Shown: positions 27,701 through 38,462, counted from the whole stretch's first letter. The stretch is 63,324 nucleotides of DNA, filler included, from Octopus bimaculoides (GCF_001194135.2; 4 parts of 4 records of this genome joined end to end with filler, not necessarily neighbours in it), one strand, 5' to 3'. Translations and numbers: made by a program. Notes: generated by a model not told the origin, from the letters alone.

Positions 27701-29646
27701 AAAGTATCTCATAGAAGATTGTTTCAAGCCAGTACAATTACTATAAGTATCGTAAACTTATTAACGATATTAAAAAAAGCAGCAGGTTGGGTGATTGTTT
27801 CATATTTTAAGAACCAAAGTAAACTTACACTTTTTCCACGCTCCAGGCCAGTACAAGATTTCGTCTGTTTCACAACATTCCTGAAAAGAGAATTTATTAA
27901 ATAGCGATATCTTGTTTTCGTAGTGGTTGTTTCTATAACTGAACATCATACAGCTTTTCTAAGAAAGAAGACCATTTTTCTCTAAAGTTTGCTTATAATA
28001 GTATCTGAACTTAACTCTGCAAGCTAATCATTATGCCTTGTATGGAACCCTGTCCCTGTTCATATCTTACTTGCAGGTTTTGACCCGAAAAGGTTCGAGA
28101 GGAATGTTAAATGTCCAGAAAATTCCACATAGCCTTGGCTTTGTTGTCTCATTTTATTTATCATATACATGCTCCTACAAGACCCGCATTAGACTCCTCA
28201 CTCGTATTATTATCGAACCGAGAGTATAACTACAGTCTTTCTATAGCACTTACATAGTCTTACCTGTCACCTTGGGTCTTCTGGATATCAATACCCCTCA
28301 TACCATTGCTTCCTTGCTAATACAAGCACTTATTACAGGTAATGCTTATATAATGGATAAACACGTCCTTGGCATCTCTCTTAAGAACATACCTATTGCT
28401 TCACAAAAAAAACTTTCCTCTTATTCCTACTCGCCAAAACAAAAGACCTCATCCGAAGAATGCGGTGGAAGACCTTCTTCCACGACAACCTTCACATCTG
28501 GAGCGACAATGAATATGAACTCCAATCGGAAATTATATACCATGGACAAGAAGCATTTCTACCACTTCTACACACTACTTACCTCGGATAATGGAACTGC
28601 ATCTATAACATCCTACATATACTTTTCTTCTTTTATTTTTTTATTTTTACTTTTATTCTCTTATCTCCCTTTATACTTCTTATTTCCATCTTTTTCCTAA
28701 ATAACTCTTATATTGAACTCTACTATTTCCCTCTATTAACCATCTCACACCGTCTCTGATGAAGGGATATCCCTAATAGTCCAAAAACAGCTATAAGACT
28801 AACTTTCTCTTTATAAATGTCCTGAAAATTCTACACAGCTTTGGCTTTGTTGTCTCATTTTATTTATCATATACATGCTCATACAAGACCTGCATGATCC
28901 TCACTCATATCATTATCGAACTGAGAGTTCAATTACGGTTCTTCCATACCACTTACATAGCCTTACATGCCACCTTGGGTCTTCTGGATACCAATACCTC
29001 TCATATATAAATGTGTTTATACATATATACATATACCTATATACTTACATATAAGTATATATATATATATATATAATTCAGAAGTAAGTATTCTTTCTGG
29101 TATTACGGGCTCCATAGTAGGGTTTTCCGGCACATTTTGGATGCAATGTTGTACTAACTGCTGCAAGTCTTGAATAGATAAACTCTTACTATGCGACTGC
29201 GTTAACTCCTCTAAATCTTCCGCATTGACCTGTAGCATTCTCTCTTTATGGGCCAACGTGGTAAACTTTCATCGATTTGAAAACTGAAATTTGATTCTGG
29301 TCTCAGCTCACTGTGAGTTTCCCCTTTGTTCTACAGAATTTCACAGAAGTACACAAAGTTGTGGTTTAATTTCAAAAGAATAAATATTTCAAATTTTCAT
29401 GTTCATGCCTTTGTTCCAGAATTAGCAGAGTGAGTAAAATGAAATGATTTCAGCCAATGATTAAAATAAGTCTGCTGTCATCAACCACCGGGTACTTGCT
29501 TTTACTTCATATCATCTAAATCATCAAGTACTCAAAAAAATAAGAACTGAGTGACAAGATCAAACTAACCCTCCACAAGATGAATTAAAGTTGACTTCAA
29601 TATATTCTGGAGCAAAGATCTTGAATTCTATTTCAGATGTTACTTT
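10150..29646 (-). CDS. ITGB: Integrin beta subunit gene, 3' part (11 coding exons, 434 aa: hybrid C-half, I-EGF1-4, beta-tail domain, TM, cytoplasmic tail); 5' exons not found
   Basis: Manual exon assembly; every intron is GT-AG and the phases chain 0-2-2-0-2-1-0-0-1-1-0-stop. The Cys spacing (CQCDC, CSGRGxCxCGxCxC, CEC, CEECP) and the TM ending in W-R are diagnostic of integrin beta. The subtype cannot be assigned. Confidence 0.95.
11909..12072 (-). CDS. ITGB: Integrin beta exon, TM and proximal tail: [54 protein letters not shown]
   Basis: Acceptor ttgtttttttccaatcAG, donor GTaagt; 164 nt, phase 1 to 0. The TM aligns without gaps to beta1 [25 protein letters not shown] (recalled sequence). 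Confidence 0.92.
14080..14193 (-). CDS. ITGB: Integrin beta exon, beta-tail domain 2: [37 protein letters not shown](V)
   Basis: Acceptor ttccttcttttgcAG, donor GTaagc; 114 nt, phase 1 to 1; C-x7-C-xxxF-x-Y pattern. Confidence 0.9.
14336..14478. repeat. (TAGA)n/(CAGA)n microsatellite
   Basis: Read directly; continues after the Tc1 element at 15707. Confidence 0.9.
14479..15706 (+). mobile_element. Full-length Tc1-type DNA transposon with frameshifted transposase, inside an integrin intron
   Basis: TIRs CAGGAGTTGGACAAAATAATGGAAACACC and the reverse complement of CAGGGGTTGGACAAAATAATGGAGACCCC, flanked by TA. HTH and DDE peptides (DESSF, QDDNAP-like, [13 protein letters not shown]) are spread over several frames. 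Inserted in a (TAGA)n tract. Confidence 0.92.
16264..16480 (-). mobile_element. SINE family A copy
   Basis: Reverse complement of the 17231-17443 element. Confidence 0.8.
16795..16995 (-). mobile_element. SINE family A copy
   Basis: Reverse complement of the 17231-17443 element, more diverged. Confidence 0.75.
17231..17443 (+). mobile_element. Octopus-type tRNA-derived SINE, family A (best copy)
   Basis: Head GGCGGCGAGCTGGCAGAAACGTTAGCAC, B-box-like GAGTTCAAATTCC, core GAGGTCGACTTTG(C/T)CTTTCATCCTTTCGG; more than 12 related copies in the window. Confidence 0.85.
17500..18900 (-). mobile_element. Heavily decayed LINE remnant, probably RTE
   Basis: Lys/Glu-rich linker-like translation with many stops; weak motif support; boundaries approximate. 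Confidence 0.35.
18939..19239. mobile_element. hAT-type MITE (301 bp)
   Basis: TIRs CAGTGCTACTCAAA / TTTGAGAAGCACTG; 8-bp TSD GTTTAGGA / ATTTAGGA (7 of 8 identical). Confidence 0.8.
19870..20115 (+). mobile_element. RTE LINE 3' end
   Basis: [25 protein letters not shown], ending in a (GATG)n tail. Confidence 0.75.
20624..20750 (-). CDS. ITGB: Integrin beta exon, beta-tail domain 1: [42 protein letters not shown](P)
   Basis: Acceptor acgtttatAG, donor GTaagt; 127 nt, phase 0 to 1. Confidence 0.93.
20993..21575 (-). mobile_element. SINE family B copy spanning a gap
   Basis: Family B core and head with an internal (CA)n/(TG)n. Confidence 0.75.
21980..22072 (-). CDS. ITGB: Integrin beta exon, I-EGF4: [31 protein letters not shown]
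   Basis: Acceptor ttccctttttAG, donor GTaagt; 93 nt, phase 0 to 0; follows a 107-nt intron. Confidence 0.95.
22180..22289 (-). CDS. ITGB: Integrin beta exon, I-EGF3/4: [36 protein letters not shown]
   Basis: Acceptor ttttatttcaAG, donor GTaagt; 110 nt, phase 1 to 0; visible inside ORF 22102..22323. Confidence 0.95.
23565..23770 (+). mobile_element. SINE family A copy
   Basis: Same head and core as 17231-17443. Confidence 0.7.
24495..24646 (-). CDS. ITGB: Integrin beta exon, I-EGF2/3: [50 protein letters not shown](G)
   Basis: Acceptor ttatttcatatatatAG, donor GTaagc; 152 nt, phase 2 to 1. Confidence 0.95.
25068..26152 (+). mobile_element. Decayed mariner-type transposon
   Basis: Residual peptides [23 protein letters not shown] and [10 protein letters not shown]; starts TACGA and ends TCGTA like mariner termini; many stops; boundaries approximate. 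Confidence 0.7.
26210..26425 (-). mobile_element. SINE family A copy
   Basis: Reverse complement of the family A consensus. Confidence 0.8.
26567..26706 (-). CDS. ITGB: Integrin beta exon, I-EGF1/2: [46 protein letters not shown](K)
   Basis: Acceptor ttttatttttcaAG, donor GTaagt; 140 nt, phase 0 to 2. Confidence 0.95.
27334..27492 (-). CDS. ITGB: Integrin beta exon, hybrid end and I-EGF1 start: [53 protein letters not shown]
   Basis: Acceptor ttccatttAG, donor GTcagg; 159 nt, phase 0 to 0; carries the CxCxC knee motif. Confidence 0.93.
27829..27880 (-). CDS. ITGB: Integrin beta exon, hybrid domain: [17 protein letters not shown]
   Basis: Acceptor ctcttttcAG, donor GTaagt; 52 nt, phase 2 to 0. 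Confidence 0.88.
28109..29004 (+). mobile_element. Internally deleted Penelope-like element with two direct terminal repeats
   Basis: Repeats of about 190 bp at 28109-28301 and 28815-29004. The interior has SLKNIPIAS...[10 protein letters not shown] (PLE ORF N-terminus) and a CTGATGAAGG 3'-end motif. Confidence 0.65.
29095..29260 (-). mobile_element. Possible pogo/Tigger transposase C-terminal fragment
   Basis: [22 protein letters not shown] resembles the Tigger DVEELLxSHxxELTxEDL motif; short match. Confidence 0.35.
29570..29646 (-). CDS. ITGB: Integrin beta exon, hybrid domain after beta-I: [25 protein letters not shown](G)
   Basis: Acceptor ttttactttcAG, donor GTtagt; 77 nt, phase 0 to 2; fits the K-I/V-x-S-x-V/I...SxC pattern. 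Confidence 0.88.
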
Positions 29647-29776
29647 CTGAAAGTAAAATGTTTATATCAGCTATAAGAATTAAGAATCACAGAAATATAG
29701 TTCCTATATATAAACAAAACAGACAAAACAGAGTAGAATGTGTGTATTTAACACACACACACACACACACGTGCAT

Positions 29777-29848
<72 letters not shown>

Positions 29849-30296
29849 AAGAATTATGTATAACAAGGGCGTTTTTTTAAGCAGCAGCTTTGCTAAAAGT
29901 TGGAGTCAAAATACTTCTAAGCCAATACTCCTTGGCGCTAAATTCGAAGTCATGATACCAAGTTAACTGACATTCCTTCTTGAAATTTTGCAGAGGTAAG
30001 ACGCAATCCTTATTTCACTCAGTTTTTTTCCTAAACTTGCCTGTGAAAATCTAGTGCTATTTTTATGGCTCAGGATTATTTNNNNNNNNNNNNNNNNNNN
30101 NNNNNNNNNNNNNNNNNNNNNNNNNTTAATTAATTAANNNNNNNNNNNNNNNNNNNNNNNNNNNNNNNNNNNNNNNNNNNNAACGGTTTTTTTGTTATAT
30201 TTCTGCTGCTTTTAAATAAAGTATATATATATATATATATATATGTATTCGTATATATATATATACATACATATATATACCACACTGAAACAGAAT

Positions 30297-30328
<32 letters not shown>

Positions 30329-30405
30329 TGAGAGAGAGAAAACTGTGAGGCATGGACGCATGCAGACAGAATCAGAAATGCACATCTTCCTCCACAAAGG
30401 CTCAC

Positions 30406-30447
30406 CCGCGCCAATAAAACAGCATGTTTTGTGTAACGCAACAACAT
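30406..30447 (-). CDS. Candidate first exon of the integrin gene (MLLRYTKHAVLLAR)
   Basis: ATG at 30447, donor CGG|GTGAGC, phase 0, in a CpG-containing unique patch between (GA)n and (CA)n repeats with a TGACGT motif next to the ATG. No homology support. Confidence 0.3.
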
Positions 30448-30679
30448 GACGTGTGACTAGTTTTGTTTTTTTATCCTCATTTACTCAATATGGTGTCATT
30501 GCAGCTTGACTTAACAGCTGGAGTCGGTTAAGTCACCAACAAAACATGACATGAAGACAGAAGACACGTGGTATATGTATGTGTACACACACACACACAC
30601 ACTCCCCCTCTCTTTCTCCTGCGCGTGTATGCACACATACACCTACGTACATGCATCATATATATATATGAAAGTAAGT

Positions 30680-30687
30680 ATCTATCC

Positions 30688-30779
<92 letters not shown>

Positions 30780-30837
30780 GCCTGCCTGTCTGTCTGTATA
30801 TCTATCTATCTATCTATCTATNNNNNNNNNNTCTGTA

Positions 30838-30922
<85 letters not shown>
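30680..30922. repeat. (TATC)n/(TGTC)n microsatellite
   Basis: Read directly. Confidence 0.9.
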
Positions 30923-30925
<3 letters not shown>

Positions 30926-31736
30926 GTTCTCTTGCATAGGTATGAATAAAACAGGCTTCTGCACGCAAATACTCGTATAGAAATACATAAACTTCCTCTC
31001 TCTCTCTTCTCTCTCTCCCCCCCTCTCTCCCTCTCTCTCTCTCTCACACACACACACATCTTAATACAATTAAAATTATTTTTGTTGGAGACTTCCAGGA
31101 GAAGGACCAGTCCAAAGANNNNNNNNNNNNNNNNNNNNNNNNNNNNNNNNNNNNNNNNNNNNNNNNNNNNNNNNNNNNNNNNNNNNNNNNNNNNNNNNNN
31201 NNNNNNNNNNNNNNNNNNNNNNNNNNNNNNNNNNNNNNNNNNNNNNNNNNNNNNNNNNNNNNNNNNNNNNNNNNNNNNNNNNNNNNNNNNNNNNNNNNNN
31301 NNNNNNNNNNNNNNNNNNNNNNNNNNNNNNNNNNNNNNNNNNNNNNNNNNNNNNNNNNNNNNNNNNNNNNNNNNNNNNNNNNNNNNNNNNNNNNNNNNNN
31401 NNNNNNNNNNNNNNACACACACACACACACACACACACACAATTCAAAACAGGAGAACACAAGAATAAGTTAATGCATATAAACAGAAGAATCTAAGGAA
31501 ATTAGTTATGGTCTGTGTCAGTATATACTAAACATAAAATAGCAAAGACATCTCTCTCCGACAAAGGCTTCGGTCAGAAAAATTAGACTTTCTCTACTTC
31601 CTGACGGCAAGATAATTTATTCTGCTTCTGTAAACGGGGTTAATTGCTTCCCAGTATTTACTTTCGTGGCTCTAAACAACGTCTTACTTGAAATAAACTT
31701 AATGCTCACTTTGTTGGTTTATTTTCTTTTTTCTGG

Positions 31737-32058
31737 AATTACTAGAACATGTGCGAAATAATTCTTGATAATGTGCGGGTGTGTGTGATTTTTTCAGTCT
31801 GTTATTGCTAGAACAAGTTTGACAAGCTTTTGACATCGTCAGATTTTGAAAAATTCTCAGGAATTGCTAGAACAAGTTTGAGCAATTGTTGATTTTCTAG
31901 TTGTTTTCTTTTGAAATGTTAGATAAAAACAAAAAAAAATTCTTGACTTTGTCGGACATATTTCTTTGACAATGGTAGAACTAGAACCAACATACCTATA
32001 TTTTATTGGTATTTTATTTTCTCTAGAATTGCTAGAATATGTTCGAGTAAGTCTTGAA
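31737..32058. promoter_or_regulatory. Four copies of a ~32-nt motif containing p53-family-like half-sites
   Basis: Units with GAACATGTGC (31745), GAACAAGTTT (31811, 31870) and GAATATGTTC (32035), each preceded by TT(G/A)CTA; function inferred only. Confidence 0.3.
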
Positions 32059-33129
32059 CTGTTAACAAGTTCGTTTCGCTACCACTTGGTTTCAGGTTCC
32101 GTCTCACCTTGGGCAATAGGTTTAATGCTAAAGATCTGAGCCAGCAATGCCTTGTGGGTAAATTATTTAAATGAGAACTTCGCGGAAGCCCATCATACAC
32201 AAACACACATACACTCGTTTGTGTATGTTTGTGCATCTTTATGCTTGTCTTTCATCGTCTGACAACCGGTGATGGTTTGTTTGTGTCTCCGTCAAGTTGC
32301 ACCTTAGCAAAAAGAGTTCAATAGAAAACTAATTATTAGGGTTCGATTTGATGACCCAAAGACTTCAAGTCGGTACTCTAATCCGGTCGTAGTCCAAAAA
32401 TTCAAACTAGTAACAATAAAAGCAAAGAAGAATTGCTTAAACAAATAAGAAAAATTTTTCTGTAATAGTCAGGCGGGAGGTATCGTGCTCATGTCACCTA
32501 GTTGGAGTACGAAGAGGGATGGACGAGAATTATAGAGGATTAATGTTCTATAGAAGATGGAATAGGCGAAGTGATCAGTGGGAGCATTGGGAGTAGGGGA
32601 TGGAGTGGACACAAACACAGAATTTGATTCAAATAGTAATAGCATTTTTTGATAATTGTATTTAGCACTGTTATGTCACCGAAAACTGCGTTTTGTGATT
32701 TATTTGCATCATATTTCTGACAATAACATCCGCCAATCTGTTTCCAGGGTCTTCATTTTAAATGTGGTTAGAACTTTAAATGTAGTTTCGGCTCTTTACA
32801 TACTAAGTACAAATACGCCAAGGTTAGCTTTGCCTGTCATTCTTCCAGGGTTGATAAAATAAATTATCAGTCAAGTATTGTGGTTATTGGTCCCGACTAA
32901 TCCTTCTCTTCAAAATTTCATCATGCTGGTAGAATCATTAGCACATAGGACAAAATGCTTAGTTGTATTTCTTCCGACTCTTTATGCTCGGAGTGCAGAT
33001 CCATCTGAGGTCAACTTTACTCTTCATCCTTTTGGTGTCGATAAAATAAGTACCAGTCGAACCGTGGGGTGGATGTAATCGACTAGCGCCTCAAAAATAT
33101 ATATACAAAATTTCAGGCCTTGTGCCTTT

Positions 33130-34690
33130 ATCAAATGAGATAGGGGTTGTCGAAGAGACGGTCGACACCAATATAAAGGAATGCGACTCGATTGCCGGAA
33201 CCAGTATTAGCGCTGATCAATGCAATGGCAACCTTGCAGCTGGGCACCTGAAGAGGCACGTCCATGCCGTCAGATGGTGTTGTTGGACTCTGGATTGACG
33301 GACCAGTTAAACCGCTCGGGGTCTGGTTCGGTCTCAACCTCCAGGTGGATAAGAACTGGATCGTTGTGATGAACAGGGTAGTCAGTCTTATCCAAAAATG
33401 GGCATAGAGAAAGCTATCCCTAAAAGAGCGGGCATACATGGCGAATACCTACATCACTTCCGTTGTCATTTATAGTCTGATCGCGGTGCCTTGTCCCGGT
33501 TACTGCTTGATCAAGTTGGAGTGCCTGTTATTTAGTTCTTGTGGAAAGAACGCGTTCCAAAGATCAGGCGGTCAGTCTTCTACTAGCAACCTCTGCGTTG
33601 CAGATAGACATGCCGTAGCTCCTGATGCGCTGATATGTGCTTCCTTGTAGGAAAACCCATGTGGGTTCCGTTCGTGAAGTATGTCTTTCTGCAGCTTATC
33701 TTCTTCACATGGTTGCATTTTTGAGTGAAAGAAAGTGAGATTGGACGCCTGGCACCTGGAATGCCGTCAGATGCTCATCATACTCTACCAGTCGGAACAA
33801 AAGAATCGTTGGATGTTTAGCAATCTATAGAATGGAACGACGTTCTCGGAGAGATTCTTGTCAGTAACGAAAACAAGCTGACTAGTCTGTTCAGGAGTAA
33901 CTACCATGAATAATTTTCAGAAATCCTTGGCCTGGCAGCGCTACTGACTGGCGCTGCTATTTCGAGATAAACTCTACAATCACGGATGTGCAGTGAGATG
34001 AGATTGTCCGAGATTCCCCCAGAGAGACGAAATCGCTATGTACGCACTCGATCAGTGTCCGGGCATTGCTGACTTATGGAGTTATGTCACGTGTGGGACG
34101 GATCTGTTCATCGGCTGTGATGCTTGCCTGCTGCCCTCCTTTAACTGGGCAAGCAAGGCAGGTTTCCTTTGTCTGATAGCGAAAGAGGTTGTCTGGTGGA
34201 CGAGGTTACAAGGCGTTAGGATAGAACATTCGTAGAGCCCTCATCTGCTTTTTCGAATTTCAACTGAAATGAAAACGAGGGTGGAGAGGCAAATACTGTC
34301 CTCGACTGAATTTATTGAAAGGTGGGTGAAAGGGTAAAAAATGGTAAGAGTGTATGACACTACTCCAAGTATAGATCTGTGAGTCGGAGAACAGGAATAG
34401 GAGGGGACACTTGCCATTTGTATTCAGGGAGATCTTGGATAATAGGGTTCCTCGATGATCCACAAAGGTCTTCCTGTATCAGGAGGATCACATCACTATC
34501 ACCTGCTTTTTTCTTTTTATTGATGGTACTTCTTTTCCTTCGTTTATGTTGTATACTGTATATATTTTCTGCATATTTTTTAATCATTCTATTCTATGTA
34601 AATCCCCAAATTTTTTGTCTTTCTTTGTATTGTTCCCCTCAACCGTCGTCTGGAGGCAAATAAAAGGAAAGCACATCATCATCATTTCGT
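33130..34690 (+). mobile_element. 5'-truncated Tx1/L1-clade LINE, ORF2 C-terminus and 3' UTR
   Basis: PLGVWFG, W-x-RKLSLKERAYMAN, FLW, KSLAWQ and CPRFPQRDEIAMYALDQCP (degenerate CCHC); AATAAA then an (ATC)n tail near 34660-34685. Confidence 0.75.
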
Positions 34691-34834
34691 CTGTTTTTAC
34701 GTTCTCAGTTTAAATTCCGCTGAAGTCGACTTTGCCTTGCACCTTTTCGGGCTCGAACGTTAGGATCAATATAATTGATTAACACCCAACTCCCCGAAAT
34801 TGCTAATCTTTTGCCAAAATTTGAGAACTTTGCT

Positions 34835-37048
34835 ATTATTATTACTATGAGATGAAAACTCAGCTTATTTTGCTGGGTATGATGGAAAGTGTCAGCCGTC
34901 CACAGTCAGCAGACTAAGGTGACACTTGTTTACTGGTCATGCCTCTAGAACCCTGCGAAGAATTCTTGCAGGTGTTCTACCTTCACACTTGCACCAATCT
35001 TTTTCAGCCATGTTGGTAGCTGAGTGCTGATACTTCAAAGTGCACCAATTACTATTGGTATCGTGTCTACTCTCTTCATTGGTCACAACCTTCGTATTTC
35101 CTGCTTCAAATCGTCATAGTTGTTTATTTTTTCTTCTTTCACATTAATCCTGTTGTCACCGGAGCATGCTATGTCGATTATTATGCATGTTCTTTTTTAA
35201 AAATAGAAATAATACATTTCTAAATCTCTCAGAGAGACTTATACAGTAGCAACACAATAAAGTGATGGTATGTTGTCAACTTAATGTGAGAGTCTAATGT
35301 TCTTTTTTATTCACCACAGTAATGTCCGGTTTCCGATGTCTGGTCGGGTGATCGCACTGGATCATTGCATCCCACAAGATTTTTCACTCCTCATTCTCAG
35401 TGACACCTTCTGGGGTTTTCTCATACCACGTCCTTGTTCTTTGTAGGCCGTGATTTCCACAGAGCTTCCAATAGATCATTCTTGCCACATTGTCATGGTC
35501 TCTTTGTATTCGCGTCGTGCCACTTTCGGGAATTCGCTAACGATGTGCCATACCGTTTCACTCGTCTCAACACATTCTGCATTTGTCGCTGTCGGCAGTG
35601 TTGTCTATTCTGCACTTCACATAGTTGGTCCGTAACGCTTGTTCTTGAGCTGCGCATATGAGTGCTTTTGTCTCTATCTTCAGGTCACTCCTCCTCATCC
35701 ATAGCCACCGGTCCTCTGTATCAGTCTTGACGTTCACATCTCTTGCAAACTGACAATACATTTCTTTTTCCTTCCATGCTTTATCTTTTTTCTTGTTCAT
35801 TTCTTGTTTAAATTTTTTCTTTCATTACACGATTTCGTGTGTTTCAACAGTGGTTCCACGGCATTTTTTATATACCACCCTAAGCTGTTTTTCTGTGGTT
35901 CGATACGGCTCTGGTAACTGATCAAATCTCTCCCACCTTTTCTTCTGGACAAGTACAGACTATCGGTGTCACTCTTAGAGTGGAAGGCTCCGTGTACTGT
36001 CAACACTTGGTATCCATTTTCTTCACTTCTCTCTTTTGCGATTTTATAATTCCCGATCCATACCGAAATGATGCTATCACCCACGTATTAACTGCTTAGA
36101 TTTTATTCCGTCAATTTTGAGTGCAACACCGACTTTAGTCTTCGGAAATATTCCATCCTCAGTTGCTCCTTCATTTTCTTCTCCATTATCTCGTTGAATT
36201 CAAGTACACCAAGGTATTTGTAGCCTTCCGTTTCAATTTGCTTAATTAAGTCTCTATTCGGTAATTCTATCCCTGCTAGGGACTGTACCTTGCCTCTTTT
36301 TCGGTAGATTATTCCGCACTTCATTCTAATGTCAGTACTAAAACAGTGGACCATGTTCACCAAGGAACTCACTTGTGTCTCATCCCTGCCATACAGTTTC
36401 AAATAATTCATGAAGAGGAGATGGTTGATTGTTTGGAATTTTTTCTTTAGTTCGTACCCTAGGTTCATTTTCCTGAGTACAAAGCTCATTGGTATCATGC
36501 AGAGAACAAAAAACAACGGAGATAAGTTTCACCCTGGAAAATCTCCCTTCTGATACACAGGGTGCCCAAGCTTTTTCCGTAATATATGTCAGTTCAGTTT
36601 TCCATCCCACCATACTTCTCTTCAGGAAACACGTTACATTCCACGCAATTCCAAACAGATCTAAACACTTGATCATCCACGAATGCGGAATCATATCATA
36701 TGCTTTGCGATAGTCAATCCAGGCCATTCCCAGATTTGTTCTTCTTCGCTTACCATTTTGCATTACCATATTGCCTATCAGTTATTGATCTTTGGTACCT
36801 CTACATCTCCTTTTACAGCCTTTTTGTTCCGTCGGTAATACGTTGTTCACATCAAGAAGTTCATACAGTTCTTCTGCAATTCCTCCTGACAGTAGCTTCC
36901 ACATTAGTGGGAAGCAGGAAATTAGTCTGTAATTCTCAGCAGCATTTCCCTTTGATGCATCCTTCAGGCACAACACCGTTCGTCCTTTTGTCAACCAGCC
37001 CACAATTTCTTTTTCTCCATTGGTCAATATATTAAATTGCTCTGCGAT
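34835..37048 (-). mobile_element. 5'-truncated R4/Dong-clade (RLE-type) non-LTR retrotransposon, frameshifted
   Basis: RT motifs NYRLISC, EQKGC, WIDYRKAYDMIPHSW, INHLLFM and YKYLG; ICAAQEQALRTNY plus a CRMC zinc knuckle; RLE IIDIAC...PIVIGAL; (TAA)n tail near 34835. Confidence 0.9.
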
Positions 37049-37060
37049 CAATTTATGGCA

Positions 37061-37103
<43 letters not shown>

Positions 37104-37185
37104 TTATCATTATTATTAGTTGTAGTAGTAGTAGTGGTGGTGGTGGTGGTGGTGGAAGTAGTAGTAGTAGTAGCAGCAGCAATAG
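37049..37185. repeat. Compound trinucleotide repeat (CTA)n(TAT)n(GTA)n(GGT)n
   Basis: Read directly; abuts the 5' truncation point of the R4/Dong element. Confidence 0.9.
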
Positions 37186-38264
37186 AGTTAGTACTAACGA
37201 AGCACCGGGTAATGACAGTGCAGGTCACGAATCAACTGCCTGCACATAATCAACTCTACCAAACTTGAAGCCACATCCAACTCCACTCTTTTATAACACA
37301 TTTCACTTTAGGTCGTGTATTGAGTTCTTTCATGAGTAAATAAATGTTTGTTGCTTTTTCATCACTTATCACTATCATACCTACACACATACATATACAT
37401 ATGCCACATATGCATGAGTGTATGAGTATGCGCACGTGCGTGTGTGTACAGAGGAGGGGGAGGAGGAGGAGAGAGAGGAGTTGTCAGGAACTGAGAAAGT
37501 CAGTCAAAATAATAGTCTAAGTCAATTACAGAAACAATGTAAGAAATATAACAATAACAATAATAACAATCACTATGTATATATATGTGTGTGTGTATGC
37601 ATGTATATAATATATATATATATATATAGTGATGGAGAGGGGAAGAGATAAGGAGAGTTAAAGGGGAGAGGATGATACGTAGGCGGAGGGGATGTTGATT
37701 GGGACAGGTAATGGGAAGAGGTGGTGTTTAAAGAATAAGAACAAGAACAATAACATGTAAATTGAACAAGAGCGAGCAAAAAACAAACAGAATCAAATAT
37801 AAATAAAGACCAAAGCTAAAAACAAAACAACAAAAAATAAAAAAAACAAGCTGACTGAAGATGAAGGACAGATAGGAGGAACAGCTGATAGACAGGGAGA
37901 CATAACGGAGAAGACAGGAGGAAGAAAAGAAGAAAACGGAGGTAGAAAGACGAAGAATGAGAATATGAAGAACAAAGAGGAAAAAGAACGAAAAACAAAA
38001 GAAAACGAAGACCAACAAGAAGAGGAACACCAACATGAAGAACGCAAGAATACAAAGAAATTGGAACAGAAAAGGTAAAAGAACAAAAAGTAGAAGTAGC
38101 TAAGAATAAGGGTTGTCAGATGTTGCTGGGGCAGAAAGAAGATGATGTGATGGTGAGTGGTTAGGTGTGGGTGTTTTAAGGGTGGGTGCGTGGTTTAAGA
38201 TAGTTTGAAAGAATGTCTGACCCAGAAAGCATAATAATAATAATAATAATAATAATGATAATTC

Positions 38265-38462
38265 TTTCTACAATATGCACAAGGCCTGAAAGTTTTAGGG
38301 AGAGGGCTAGTACTGAACGGGTACTTATCTTATCGACCCAGAAAGAATACAAGGTAAAGTCGACCTCGACAACATTTGAACTTAGAAAAACGTAATTAGC
38401 CGGGAGAAATGCTGCTAGACATTTTTGTCCGGCGCGGGAGCAATTCTGCCAGCTCGCTGCCC
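38265..38462 (-). mobile_element. SINE family A copy
   Basis: Reverse complement of the family A consensus. Confidence 0.75.

Noticed and set aside
28061-28140. Frame ...FRVKTC(K) with a GTAAG donor, in phase with the next integrin exon
   Set aside because: It has no good acceptor and overlaps the PLE repeat; the true exon is 29570-29646.
31594-31671. Minus-strand frame SHESKYWEAINPVYRSRINYLAVRK*, resembling an integrin tail (W..NPxY)
   Set aside because: The W-to-N spacing is off by one, no upstream TM exon was found, and it lies 5' of the gene. Probably chance, though a tblastn would settle it.
37720-38110. Phe/Leu/Ser-rich minus-strand ORFs
   Set aside because: They come from a purine-rich low-complexity tract.
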